A DNA stretch of 64,000 nucleotides from Antedon mediterranea. Lineage: Eukaryota; Animalia; Echinodermata. The notes under the pieces are model-generated. The model ran no database searches. It saw nothing but the letters and a program-made list of their open reading frames with translations, and was not told where the DNA came from. Positions 12,001-23,524 of the stretch are shown piece by piece (position 1 is the first letter of the stretch; the number at the start of each line of letters is the position of its first letter). The stretch spans positions 13,144,001-13,208,000 of the forward strand of contig NC_092672.1 in NCBI RefSeq assembly GCF_964355755.1, read 5' to 3'. A program made the translations under genes and the position numbers.

Positions 12001-15000
12001 TTGTGACTTGTGTGAATTTCGACACCACCAACTCGTCTTATTTTTAGTATAATACTATAATATTAATAATAGTCTTTAATTTATCATTATTCATATCACT
12101 TTTCATTCATTTTAAAACATTTAATTTTCTTTTCTATGTAGAGTTTGTGATTTAAAAAAATTATACATAAGAGCAGCGAAACTCAAAAAGCGAAAACTTG
12201 TGAATGGCTGCCAAAAATAGAAAATAAGGTCACCACCAGGGCCAGGAGAGATTATGGTGCTTGGTTTTTCCTTCATGATTAATTAGATTTTAATGCTAAT
12301 ATAAATTTGTGAAAATTGTAACTAGGCCTATACTGTACATCCAATAATGTAATTATTTTAGGAAAAATGACCAAATAATCTAAGTTGAATATTTTTTGGA
12401 ATGTGTACTTTACAGTACTTAGTACCGTTATGTTGAAAATTCTTCCAAAGCAATAACGTTCAAACCAACATTCACACAATTAAACTTTTTATGTACATAT
12501 TTTAATAAATAATGTCTTTCTTTTAATAGGTATTAACACACTTGAATGAACAATATGAGCAAGTAGTGGAAAATGGTGAAGAAATCAACACAAAATGTGG
12601 TAGCAACATTCACAATATTTATTTGAACGTTTCTTACTATGACACTTTAAAATGGATGAACAATCACAGAAGACAAGCTATTGCTGTAATGCCACAATCA
12701 ACACATCAATTAATAGTTGAAAATAAATTGTCAACAATAATGCAGAAATTCAATGAAATATACAAGTAATTAACTCATTTTTTACTGTACTGTACTGTAA
12801 ATCTTCACACATTAAAATTATGGTGATTTTATCTCATGTACTGTAGTAGTATTTTTTATTTATTTAATGCTGTATACAAATGTTATTGCTCTAATTATGA
12901 AAACTATACAACATTTTAAAAGCTGGAAAACAACCGACACATTTGCCTAATGCTTTATGATAGTCATCCAATATTTATCTTGTGTTCCACTACCGAGTCT
13001 ACTGCCAGTTGCCTTTAAAATGCTGTATGGGTGTAACTTCTGTTCCAGTCTTCATTAGCTTAAGTCTATAAATTGAAAAACAATGATGTATAAATACAAA
13101 AATCAAATAGAAAATTTAAATATTTCACAATTTATTGCATACATATAATTATTATTTCTGTACATGAATCTGAAGTTTTCAATTTGGGGTACTAATGTAC
13201 AGTAAGGAATCCCTGAAAAGTGCATCTCCTCCCTAAAAAAGGCCTAGTCTAATTACTAGTGTTTTCGTTTTGGTTGCTATCAACAACAATCTATTCTACC
13301 GTCAACTTCTTTGGTACTGTATGCTGATCATTTTCCAAATGTTCGTTTTTTGTCATCAGTTAGTCTTTTTTAGACTTTAAAATTAATTCGAGCTCCAAAT
13401 GTATATCAGTGGTACATCAACATAGTAGGCCTATTTCCTGTAGCTAGTTGTGGAGTGATGGCTTAGCTAGGTGAGTACGACATATAGGACCTAGCTAGGC
13501 CTCAAAGTGGGTTCCCGTCTACTTTTCTGACCCGATTATCTGCCTGCCTACAGCTGCTGCTACACTACACTACACAGTAGTAAACTGCAGTACTAACTCT
13601 AGGCCTAGAGGCTAGGCCCTACTAGATAGTAGAAGTAGGCTTATATTATAGCCCTAGCCTAGATAGCTAAGCCTATAACTATACGCCAAAAACTATTATA
13701 GGAGGATGTGTCATTCATCTAAAATAGAATTCTACTTACCAGCAAATTAACGGCAGAGCTTTTTACATCATACGATCAGGGAAACCCCAGCACTTTCTTC
13801 TGTTCTTCGCACATGTTTGTTTACGTGGTGAACAGATCGGATCTCCCCTGTTTGGATACTCATTAACATATCATGCATATTTATGAGCTGTTAGCTAACC
13901 ATCGTTATTTTGGAATTTCTGAACTTATGAGTTCGAAAAAATGGTAAACTTATTTTGATTTTTTATAAGCGAAATCAATATTTTTTTCGGATTTTTTTTC
14001 GGCGAAAGTGAATAACTTTATTATAACTACAAAATGGTCTATTCAAAATTTGATTTTTTTTCATCTTTATTTTTCATGTTTTGGGGGACAATACAACTTT
14101 AAGGTAACAAGGACATAAATGTGATTATGGACATTTTGTAGAATGTTCACCTGGAATGTATGGCTCTGATTGTCAGCAGAGGTGCCAGTGTGACGTCAGT
14201 CATTGTGATCGAAAGTTTGGATGTAATGGAACATGTTACGAAGGATATACTGGACCTCAATGCCAAGGTAACCAAACTTAATCGAAGTAGTTAAATATTT
14301 CATCATAATAATCGCCTATCTGTCGAGTACTGATAATGATGACGGTGCTTGTATAACATTAAAAACATATAAAGCTAACAACTAGGCTTATACTCAAATT
14401 CCTAACTTGTGCATCATGCGTAGTCTTTGCTTACCATTTTTAAATATTTTAAGTGTATTTGGAGTCCGTTGCAGCTAAAATGGTTTTATTGTTATTCGCA
14501 CATAATCCTAAATTTATCGTTTTCGATTTTTTTAGATTTTCATATAATATATTATATTTCCGAAAAGTCGATTATTATTGTTTCACACGTCTTTTTGGTA
14601 TAATTGTAAGTAATTCTTTGTATCCGTCTGTGAACATCAACACCAAGTAATTGTAATCAGAGTGGTCTCAACTAACACCTGTACATCTACTTCTCGGACA
14701 ACTGCCACCCGAACAAACCACCCTCCATACCCATTAGGACAATGTTTTTGAGATGTGGCCTCACTAAACTCACTTCTATTTAGTTATAATAGAGCCATGT
14801 TATCAAGGTTTCTTAAAATTCCAAGTGGAAAATTCAATTTGTTCTGGTTTGGACCAGTCTAACCTTTGACCACAAATGTTGAGTGTTTCTATTTAAATTC
14901 GTGTAATTCTGTACCAAATCGCGTTTCAGCTTTGATATTGTACATTTTTCATTGTCAAAATATTTGTGAAACTGTGTTTTAAAAAATATGTCATCAAGAT

Positions 15001-17511
15001 CCATTTTTAATAACAATTGTAATTTTGAATAAAAAAATTCAAAAAGTACAATTTTGACCAAACCACTTTACCATATTATTATTTGCATGTAAACTTAATG
15101 TTTTGTATCATTAGACTGATAATTAGAAATAGCTCCTATAGGGTCGTTTGATAATGTTACATCAGTCAGTCCCGATGTTTATAGATTTAAAAAAAAGTAC
15201 TAGGTACTAAAATCAGATTTTAAAAAAAAGGTTTAAAAAGTATTGTAACTTGTTTTGGGTGACTAATATTTTTCATAGGTTTCCTGGAAAAATAGGACGA
15301 CACACGAGTTTCCTTTCTAAAGGTCCCTTCGTGTCGAGTGCCACCAAACGGCGCTCATTCGTATGTTCGCAACGACATGGATTGACCAGCCCATCGGGGT
15401 AACCTCTACTTTTCCGAAAGCACATACGAGGGTTTACACTGGACCTCCAGTTTTAAGTCCTTATCCGCGAAGACTTGTACTACCATATCAACGGTCAATG
15501 AGTGACTTGTTTACCTAAAAAATTAAAATAAAAAATACAGTAGACCAATAATGATGATGAACATTTTAAGTGGGAAAAGGTTGTCATAGAGAGTGTCTAT
15601 AGTAGATTTTGGGGTGGGATATTTCTTTAGTCAAACCACAAAATATTAAATGATATTGAGTTTCTGATTTAAAGGGTAGGGCATTGGACAAGGAAGTTGC
15701 TTTAAATAAAAAAAAATGTTACAATATGAAGAAAGAGAACAATGAAGTAACTCTTTGAAGCACTGAATGGGATCTTTGTGGGTCCTGGTAAGATGAAATC
15801 TAGGGTAGTCCGGCGCGGAACCGGTGCAGCCCTAATAGCCACACTGCCTATTTGTTGCACCATCACCCGGACAACTTAAGAGTGCTGTTACAGTAGGCCT
15901 ATATATTTTTGTAATGTTATGTAAGAAATAGGCTACAGTTGTTTTCAAGGAGTGGTTAGTATTTTCTATGCCTAATATTGGACCAATTGCAAAAGGTTTA
16001 TGGATACTTTTTAACCATAATTTGTTATTGAAAAATGCGAACAAATTAAATGAAATAATTAATTAGCTTCGTACAGTTATCCAGGGGTGTATATGTTGTC
16101 CTGGAAGGTAGTTGTCCAAAAGGTTAATTGTACTTGGAGTAGATATCCTACGGGTGATTGTTCAGGCGGTAGTTGTCCGAGGAGGATAGTTGTCAAGGTT
16201 GTAGTTGTCCTGGTGGTGATTGTCAAGAGGTAGTTGTCCGAGAAAGAGCTTCTTCCAAGAACGATCTACCAGTGAAATGTAAATTTAAATGTTATTTTAA
16301 TTTCAGAATTGGTGCATGATCGTACTTGTTCCAATGGTCACTTTGGTGCTTTGTGTAACTATCCTTGTCACTGCCAACACTCATCAAATTGTCATCGTAA
16401 TGGAAGCTGTGATAATGGATGTACTTCTGAATGGACAGGGACCGACTGCAGTATTGGTATGTTTTACACAAGCATAGGTGTAACGTTAGTTTTAGGCAAA
16501 ATAATTCGCCATCTAAGGTATATTTTAGTTAAATAGGTAATATTTAAAGGTTTGCATGGCAAAAATTTTTTTATTAAAGTTAGATTTGAGGTAAATCATA
16601 TGATTTCAAAAGATGTATGATTGAGTATTCCTACTTTAATGTGTAATTTTATCTTTAAAGGGTATCTGTAAGGTTTCATTGATTGAATATTATATTATCG
16701 ATTAGCTTAATCATATCAACAAAGTCTTGGAAATTTTAAATCAATGTGATAGAGGCAGATGAAAACTATGCTTACCTACTACAGTAAAATCACAATTACC
16801 TTTCCGTGTAAAGGTATAGTCATTATATCAAAAATTAATTGTACAAAGATAATAATTAAAGTACATCATTTGTGTGTAAATTAATACAGCTTTGCCGTAT
16901 ATATTGAGAAGATTGAACGTGACTGATATACGAGCAACTAGTATAGATGTGTCTCACTTATGGGTATTTGGCGAAGACTTTGGAACTGGACCCGCTACTT
17001 CTTATGTATTGTGTTACCGTAGCACCACCGATTGGCTTTGTCAGAAAACAATACAAAGTCTGTCAACAATCAATGGCTTAATACCAAACACAACACTTGA
17101 AATAAAGGTTCAAGTTTTCAAAAGGATTGGTTATGATGACATTGGAGGTCCTATGAAAACTGTTACAAGAATCAGAACTATTTGTCTTGGTAAGTTCTAA
17201 ACTTGATCAATTAGTTTAATTTGTCTAGTTTTGATTATAGTTTAAAAATGAAAATAAACTCTATACAACTCGCAACAAAACGTATTCTCAGCATTATAAT
17301 CTCTTTTCCTTTTTATTTATTTTTTTACAAAATTCAGTTCTCACCCTTTTGGTGACGACAATATTGTCATTAAAACTGAGTGTGGTAGAATAATAATTGA
17401 CAATTTTATATACAATACTGTTTTATTCATAATTTTATCTTTTTGTATTCATTTTTATTGTAAAAACCTGTACAACCAATAATGGAAGTATAATTATATG
17501 TACAATATATA

Positions 17512-17569
<58 letters not shown>

Positions 17570-19125
17570 TTGAACATAACATTTACGCATAATATGACAG
17601 GGAGTATATCTTAACTGTAATGTTAGTACAATTTAATACAAAATCAAATATAGACTAGAATATAATAGAGCACTGGAAGGTAAGATTTACTAAGATGAAT
17701 TATCAATTACAGAACCTCTTGATTCGCCAAAGATAGAAACATTGTCAACCATCAAGGACACCATTGTAGTAAAATGGAAGGTGGGCCTTTTCAATGTATT
17801 TTTTAATTACCTTATTGTTGTTGTAGCTTAATAATACATCCATTTTTTGAGCTAATGTATTGTTTTATCTGTCTTAAAATCCCAAGTATATAGACAGTAG
17901 CGAATTTTGATCGATCAACTTTTATGTGTTAATAATAATGTAAACGACATTTTACTGTAGTTATGTTTACTTTTCTCCAAGGCTGTAGATTTCAATTCTA
18001 CACGGTTGCAGTGTGACAGTTTATTACATTACGACGTTGGTTACCAAACTGGGATTAAAGACGCTTGGGAAACATTTCAAGTTAATTATGATCAGACCGA
18101 AGCAACTATTAACTTTTTAGCTTATGACATGGTATATCAAGTTAGAGTTAGGGCAGTGAATACAGCAGGAATTACAGGACCATGGAGTGAAATATGGACA
18201 ATTAAAATTCCAGAAAATCAAACAGGTCAGGTTTCGTTCTTTATAATTGACAATAACTCAGACTCTATAAACTCAGCATTAGTGCGCTTACCGGTAAAAA
18301 ATTAAAATGCCTGAAAATTTCAAACAATAGTAAACGATATTTTGAATAATTGTGTTTGTTACTCTTGTTTCGATACTTTTTTCCATCTTCTAACTCTCAT
18401 CTACTAGGCCTAAGTAAACGAATTGCTTATACATTGATTTACACTCACCTACTAAAACGAATTATTTATACATTTGCTTTCATCTACTAAATTATTTAAT
18501 TGTTTATACATTTTCTTAATTAGGATCAAAGATAGCTATGTATGTGCTCTCATCAGTGGTCGCATTGTTAGTTATTTTTACCGTTGTGGTTCTTAACAAA
18601 TTGAGGTATGTGTCGAATGACCCTGGCTAGACCTATATTGTAATTAATTGTATTCATTTGAATAATCAACTGAAACTTACAACCTTTGATCTCTCATCAG
18701 TAACGCCATAACATTATTTAAACCTTTATCATTGAGTAATAATTATGCTTACTAATTCCTATTTCAGACGAATGAAACGCCAGGTTAACGGATATAAAAA
18801 GGATTATGGGAACGTTCAGATTAACACAATATCAAAGCCGTCACAAAATTACCAAGACGACAGTTACACTTCACTGCAAAAAGAAGCGCGTTGTTTGGCA
18901 GAATCTCCAAACAATACCTACGAACAAGAAACCCCAAAAGACGAGATATTTTATTTGAACGTTACCAATTTATCCCAAAATAAACAAACAGAAGACGCCA
19001 TAGCCGATACTGATACAACGTATGATGAAATCTGTGTTGGCGGCTTAGAGAAGGAAAGAGCAACTGATGCACGAATAAAACCTCCGGTGCCTAAGAAACC
19101 AACAATTACGAATGACAAAGAATAA
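54..19125 (+). CDS. Tie-like Ig/EGF/FN3 transmembrane receptor without kinase, copy 1 (5'-partial; exons 3-19)
   Basis: GT/AG-bounded exons: 54-308 (Ig, DAGVYECY); 845-976, 1443-1577, 2379-2510, 2617-2781 (EGF-like); 3007-3327 (FN3); 3427-3825 (Ig1-like); 4226-4471 (Ig, DAGIYEC); 4565-4699, 10753-10899, 14142-14267, 16307-16456 (EGF-like); 16890-17189 (FN3); 17713-17780 plus 17982-18225 (FN3); 18524-18605 (TM, IAMYVLSSVVALLVIFTVVVL); 18768-19125 (tail, stop). The frame stays open after splicing. The segment CSKRKWGTDCDLNCPVCYNGGICDHITGLCICAAGFEG has the Cys spacing of the Tie1/Tie2 EGF region. Confidence 0.88.
1700..2320 (+). mobile_element. Decayed L2/CR1-group LINE 3' fragment (copy 1 intron 5 only)
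   Basis: Fragments read IKNLGVMFDSSLNM, LLKDLHWL and IWNTLPVDLR, typical of the C-terminal part of L2-type ORF2. It contains stops and frameshifts and is absent from copies 2 and 3. Boundaries are approximate. Confidence 0.7.
5333..5700. mobile_element. Kolobok-like MITE
   Basis: TTAA|AGATATATTGTCCCC ... GGGGACAATACATCT|TTAA. Confidence 0.75.
5733..5877. mobile_element. Harbinger/Tourist-like MITE
   Basis: Inverted ends GCTTGGTTTCCACTAG / CTAGTGGGAACCAGGC, a TTA duplication on both sides, and a near-palindromic interior. Confidence 0.7.
7780..8200 (-). mobile_element. Decayed CR1-type LINE 3' fragment
   Basis: The minus strand reads SYENRLKFLDLTTLYDRRIRCDLIEIFQK and LPTEVVISETTNTFKNRL, typical of CR1 ORF2 C-termini. 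Boundaries are approximate. Confidence 0.7.
8691..9003 (+). mobile_element. Helentron/HINE (DINE-1-like) short element
   Basis: (ACCG/ACCA)n microsatellite blocks and a terminal hairpin AGTCGCGTTGCACGCGACT followed by an A-run. Confidence 0.5.
10983..11096 (-). pseudogene. 5S rRNA-derived sequence (5S pseudogene or SINE3 head), antisense in intron 12 of copy 1
   Basis: The reverse complement TACGGCTTTACCACGTTGAAACACCGGTTCTCGTCAGATCACCGAAGTTAAGCAACGTTGGGCCTGGTTAGAGCTTGGATGGTAGACCATCTGGGAATAGCGGGTGCTGTA is near full-length metazoan 5S with box A and box C recognisable. It has several substitutions and no oligo-T terminator directly after it. Confidence 0.85.
11241..14098. mobile_element. Kolobok-like non-autonomous DNA transposon (2.86 kb, copy 1 intron 12)
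   Basis: TTAA|AGATGTATTGTCCCCC ... GGGGGACAATACAACT|TTAA, with long imperfect subterminal inverted similarity. Absent from copy 3 (~54375). Confidence 0.75.
14691..16244. mobile_element. Foldback/TIR element with GGACAACT-type subterminal repeats (copy 1 intron 13)
   Basis: TTCTCGGACAACT ... AGTTGTCCGAGAA, with tandem GTAGTTGTCC units at 16090-16244. The same element is at 55019-56594 in copy 3. The copy 2 intron is only 245 bp. Confidence 0.55.
15295..15480 (-). mobile_element. Core-SINE remnant (Meta/Nin/Deu-type central domain)
   Basis: The minus strand has AGTCTTCGCGGATAAGGACTTAAAACTGGAGGTCC, which resembles the conserved core of widespread metazoan SINEs (recognised from memory). Repeated at ~55645-55830. 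Confidence 0.4.
17505..17566. repeat. (TA)n microsatellite
   Basis: Seen directly; shorter versions lie at ~36668-36690 and ~57854-57885. Confidence 0.9.
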
Positions 19126-19620
19126 CACAATTTGTAGGCGTATTACACATGAAAAATCTTTGAATGCATTCTGCTTATGCAGTAAATATGTCATAAATAT
19201 GGCTACATCGTTTTCTATAAAATATATAATTTCTTGAATCGCAGTGACCAAGTTACGATTAACGCGTTTTTATTAAATATTAAAATGATTTGAGTGTTTT
19301 TTATCTGTTTTTATTTAATTTATAATAATAGGTAAAATAAAATATATGCTAATTCTGCCAAGTGAAATACTGTTTATGAATGATTTGTTTTCTCTTTTGT
19401 GGGGATTTTACATTTCATTTTTATCATTATTATATTGAAAACAATTGTTATAATGGCAAACATGAAAAACAATGCACATCTAAATTTAACTTAAATATGT
19501 ATTGTCCCTTGAAACACAAAAAAATGAAGGTCAAAATATTCTAAATTTAAATTGGCCATATCAAAGTAATATTAAAGTTATTCACTTTAAGTCGAAAATT
19601 CGAGCCAAAAACAACAAGTT

Positions 19621-21951
19621 CTTTTTTTCTCTTTTGTGATTAACCACCACCTTTATTCATTCTTTCATACATATTTCGTTCACATTTCATTTTCATATAT
19701 TAAATTTCCGTTTTCTACTTTTTTCGTTATTTTCTGATTTTTACTCTTTTAACCTTTATACATATAGTGGTTTGATTATATGCATACAAAAAACTGTACA
19801 TTTTAAAATACAAATATGGATGCCACTTATAAGTTACAACATGCCTAGTGTATTCATATCTTTTAAAATATATTTAAACTGAATCCAAGGATTCTGGCAT
19901 AAAGGTTTTTTAAGTTCAGTTTTAATTTTAATTATGTATATGACGTACACAGCTATTGAATACAATTGATTTTTTAATTGACATTTATTTCCTAACAGGA
20001 GTTCTTTGAACAAGCTACTGCTGTTATCTAGCTTTTTAAATATATTGTCAATTTTTTCCACAGTATTTGATTACGTCTACAATAATAAAACATATGTTTT
20101 TCGTCTTCAATGACTCCACAATTGTTACATATGTTATTATTTTTCAGTTTCCAGATATACAGTTTTAGATTTGTAGGTACAATTCTATTTAGTAATTTGT
20201 AATTCAGTTGGGCAAATTTCTGAATTTTTTCGTTTTTCACTTTTCTTTTCCAGACATCACACCACTTGATATCATCATTAAATATGTTATTCCATTTAAG
20301 TATGCTTTTCGGAGGAATAAAAACATTATTAACAAACTTAGAATAAACATCTTTTGTTGTCATCTTAATTATATTGTTGATATTGTATTACAGATTCACA
20401 TTCATATATTGGTTCATATTTGGCATATTATGTTTAATTATACTTAACCACTCTTTTGGAATAGCTCTGGTTAAAGAAACATATTCAGCTATCCAGTTTT
20501 TCTTAATACGTAATTGCTTAATTATTTCTATAGGTTTACAAGATACAAGATACAAGATACAAGATACAAGATAACTTTATTGTCAAAATTGTTTACAATT
20601 TCGAGATATGTTTTGTACCTGAGTAGAATAAATAATACGATGTGATAACAATATAAAATACAAATGATACAAGTGACTATCTTGAAAAGTTTTTGTTAAA
20701 TAAATAGCATGCTATGTACATTTGTGAAAATCTGAAAAGGTTTGTGGATATTTTTTTCTGTGTCAGTCTAACCCTTCCTGATCTACGTATAATGATGTCT
20801 GAATGTAATGGGTGTGATAGGTCTTGCATAATTGTGTCAACTTTCTTAAGTATGAATATATTAAACATTTCATCTAAAGATTTCACTCTGCTGGCCTTGT
20901 TTACTAATCTCTGAATTTGAATTTTACTGTTTACATTGACAAGAGAAAACCAAACAATAATACAATAAGAAATGATTGATTGAACAACAGAGGAATAAAA
21001 CATATGAATGAGATGAGAACTAACATTAAACCGTTTCATTTTGTATATAAAGTACATTCTCTTATTAGCCTTGGTACGGAGTTCTTTAGTGTTGCTCTCC
21101 CAATTTAGTTTATTATCAATTATTAATCCCAAGTACTTATGACTTTCTACAATTTCAACAATTTCATTATCGATTTCAATATTTATATGATTACTTTTAT
21201 TTTTCCTTCTAAAATCGACAATAACCTCTTTAGTTTTTTTGGCATTTAGTTCAAGAAAATTTTGTTTACACCAGACTACAAAATGTTCAACATATTCATT
21301 AAACAGGGATGTATCATTATTTGAAATTAAACCAACTAGGCAAGTATCATCTGCAAACTTAACATTGAATGATTTACTTGGGTCAATATCACTATAAAAA
21401 TCAGAATATAATGAAAAAAGTAAGGGTGAGAGAACGCATCCCTGTGGTGCACCTGTATTACAAGTTAACTGCTTAGATACGCTACCCCTAAACTTAACAA
21501 TCTGTGTTCTTTCATTTAAGAAGGTTTCATTAGACGATTGAAAATAATTATATCTCCAATTTGATTAAAACCTGTATCTATCCAGTTCTTAAAGAATAGT
21601 GGTTTGTTTCTATATTTAATATCATTATTACCCCATAAGTTTTGCTTTATCACTTCTTCATACTCGTTAATTGTACCTTCATTATTCATATTATTAAATT
21701 CAACACAACACTTTAGAACATTATAATAAAAAGATGGTATATTATCGATCTAAGCCCATGTTATTTTGAAAATTGATATTTGACATACTTAAAATTAGTT
21801 GTTCGGTTCCAAATTTGTTAAAATAGTATAGTGGTAAGATTTTCCATCTTACGTGTTTTCTACACAGTAATTTTCTTGCCCATATCATTTTCAGAGAGTT
21901 TATGTGTAGTGCGAAATCAGGCATACCTATGCCCCCTTTATTCATTTTACC
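19621..21951 (-). mobile_element. 5'-truncated L1/Tx1-type LINE (spacer between copies 1 and 2)
   Basis: Minus-strand ORF remnants GGIGMPDF..LKMIWARKL and the CCHC zinc knuckle CNNCGVIEDEKHMFYYC. ACAAGTT TSD at 19614-19620 and 21952-21958. Empty sites at ~41855 and ~59935. Confidence 0.85.
20538..21521 (-). mobile_element. Rex-Babar/L2-group LINE 3' fragment nested in the Tx1-like LINE
   Basis: The minus strand reads GAPQGCVLSPLLFSLY...KFADDT...WCKQNFLELNAKKTKE (RT motifs). It has an (ATCTTGT)n 3' tail and an AGGTTT TSD at 20532-20537 and 21522-21527. Confidence 0.85.
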
Positions 21952-22247
21952 ACAAGTTTACGTAATTAACAGGTAGATTAATTTGATTACATTTCGTCTG
22001 GAAAATCGTCGCGAGCGAAAGTAAACACAGATTTCAAACCATGAGTATGCACGATGCTAATTAGGATTGTTTACAACTCGTAATGTCTCTTCATCTCTTA
22101 ATAGCCTTTTGAATAAAATATGTTATATAACTGTAAAGGTTACTCTTTGGTTAGGTGTCATTTATAGAACGACGTAATATAGTACAATATAAATACGTAG
22201 CAAGATTGTTAGGCTAATTGTATGTATTTGTAACAGGCCACGGTTGA

Positions 22248-22255
22248 AACTAACT

Positions 22256-22287
<32 letters not shown>

Positions 22288-22288
22288 C
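22248..22288. repeat. (CTAA)n microsatellite
   Basis: Seen directly; shorter in the other spacers (~42577-42608, ~60677-60703). Confidence 0.85.
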
Positions 22289-23432
22289 TGCCACAACAGA
22301 ACAAAATATGTTGCTAACTTAAAAATCGAGTCATCATTTCCTTTTCTTGTACATAATGTAGTTGCTTTTAGTATTGTTGATACATTGTTGTAGGCCTACA
22401 ATTCGAAAGGAGGACTTTAAAACAATCAAACGTTACTGCTGTGACGCAATTTATTACGTTACACGACTGTCCTTCTGCTTTGAGCCATTTTTTACTTTTA
22501 TATTATAACACCTAAATCTATCCCTGTCATTTGGGTCACATGGTGTGAATAGTACGCAAGATTTAACGATCGTTAAATATTGTTTTTTTTTCACGTACGA
22601 AAAAAAATTCTCATACGGAAAAAGATTACTCTGATTCTGAACATGAAATATAACAAATGTTAAATTTATAACAATATTAAACACTGACTGACTGCTGGCG
22701 GAATGTTTTGATAGAATATACGTACTAATTTTGACTAAAAAGCATTTAAATTAGCTTTAGATCGTTTATATGATTTTGATTTTTGATTAATTAATGGAAA
22801 CTCTTAAGACATGGAATCGTTGGAAAAACAGAGTTAGCCTAGATAAGTTTTAGTTACCTGGCTAAGTTTCGTAATGGTATCGCCAGGGGCGCAGCCAGTG
22901 GGTAGTCACGCAGAGACCTCGATATAAAATTATAATAAATATTTTAGATGTAGATTTGGGATATAAGCGGATACATACCCGTATCTAAATATTATCTAAA
23001 GCAGTATATTGTCAAATCAACAGTGCCTGTTTGTAAAACTTGTGCTACACTGTTCCTCTCTTTTGTTATTGCTCTGTATAGCCTAATAAAATGTATGCAA
23101 TCAGTTATTATTCAGTTTGTTTGTTATTATTCTTATGTTATCCTGTTTTGAGTGTGTTTGTATTGGTTTATTATCTTAAACCAGCTTCTAAGTTGTATAT
23201 TGACTCGTTCTCATTCTTGAAAAGCATTTTGTAAAATCCGGATAAACATAAACATTTTTTTTAGATTATATTCTACTACTATTTCGTTAAGATGAACTAT
23301 TATTTGTTTTGCTATATCTTCCGTAAAATTTACCATTGGAGCGTAATTGTGTTGATATGAACTCCTTTTGTATTTTCCTATTGTCTGACTTACTCCCTGG
23401 AGTGAGGGTGACTATGTAACAAAAGTTACAAA

Positions 23433-23460
23433 GCCACACGGAAATGAACGTATAATAATG
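23433..23460 (+). promoter_or_regulatory. Candidate core promoter (CGGAAATG ETS-like site plus TATAATA)
   Basis: GCCACACGGAAATGAACGTATAATAA lies ~75 bp upstream of the ATG and is identical before copies 3 and 4. Identity is expected from the duplication, so the evidence is weak. Confidence 0.3.
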
Positions 23461-23524
23461 AATTCAATTTCAAAGATAAACTAGTTACACTTAGTTAATC
23501 GTCACATACTTACTGCTTACTACC

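Noticed and set aside
12542-12769. Independent host gene in intron 12
   Set aside because: It is short, has a non-ATG start and lies inside the Kolobok-like element; at most a transposon relic.
16090-16244. GTAGTTGTCC periodic repeats as a CRISPR-like or coding repeat
   Set aside because: Spacing is short and irregular, and inverted counterparts at 14691-14740 show they are subterminal repeats of a TIR element.
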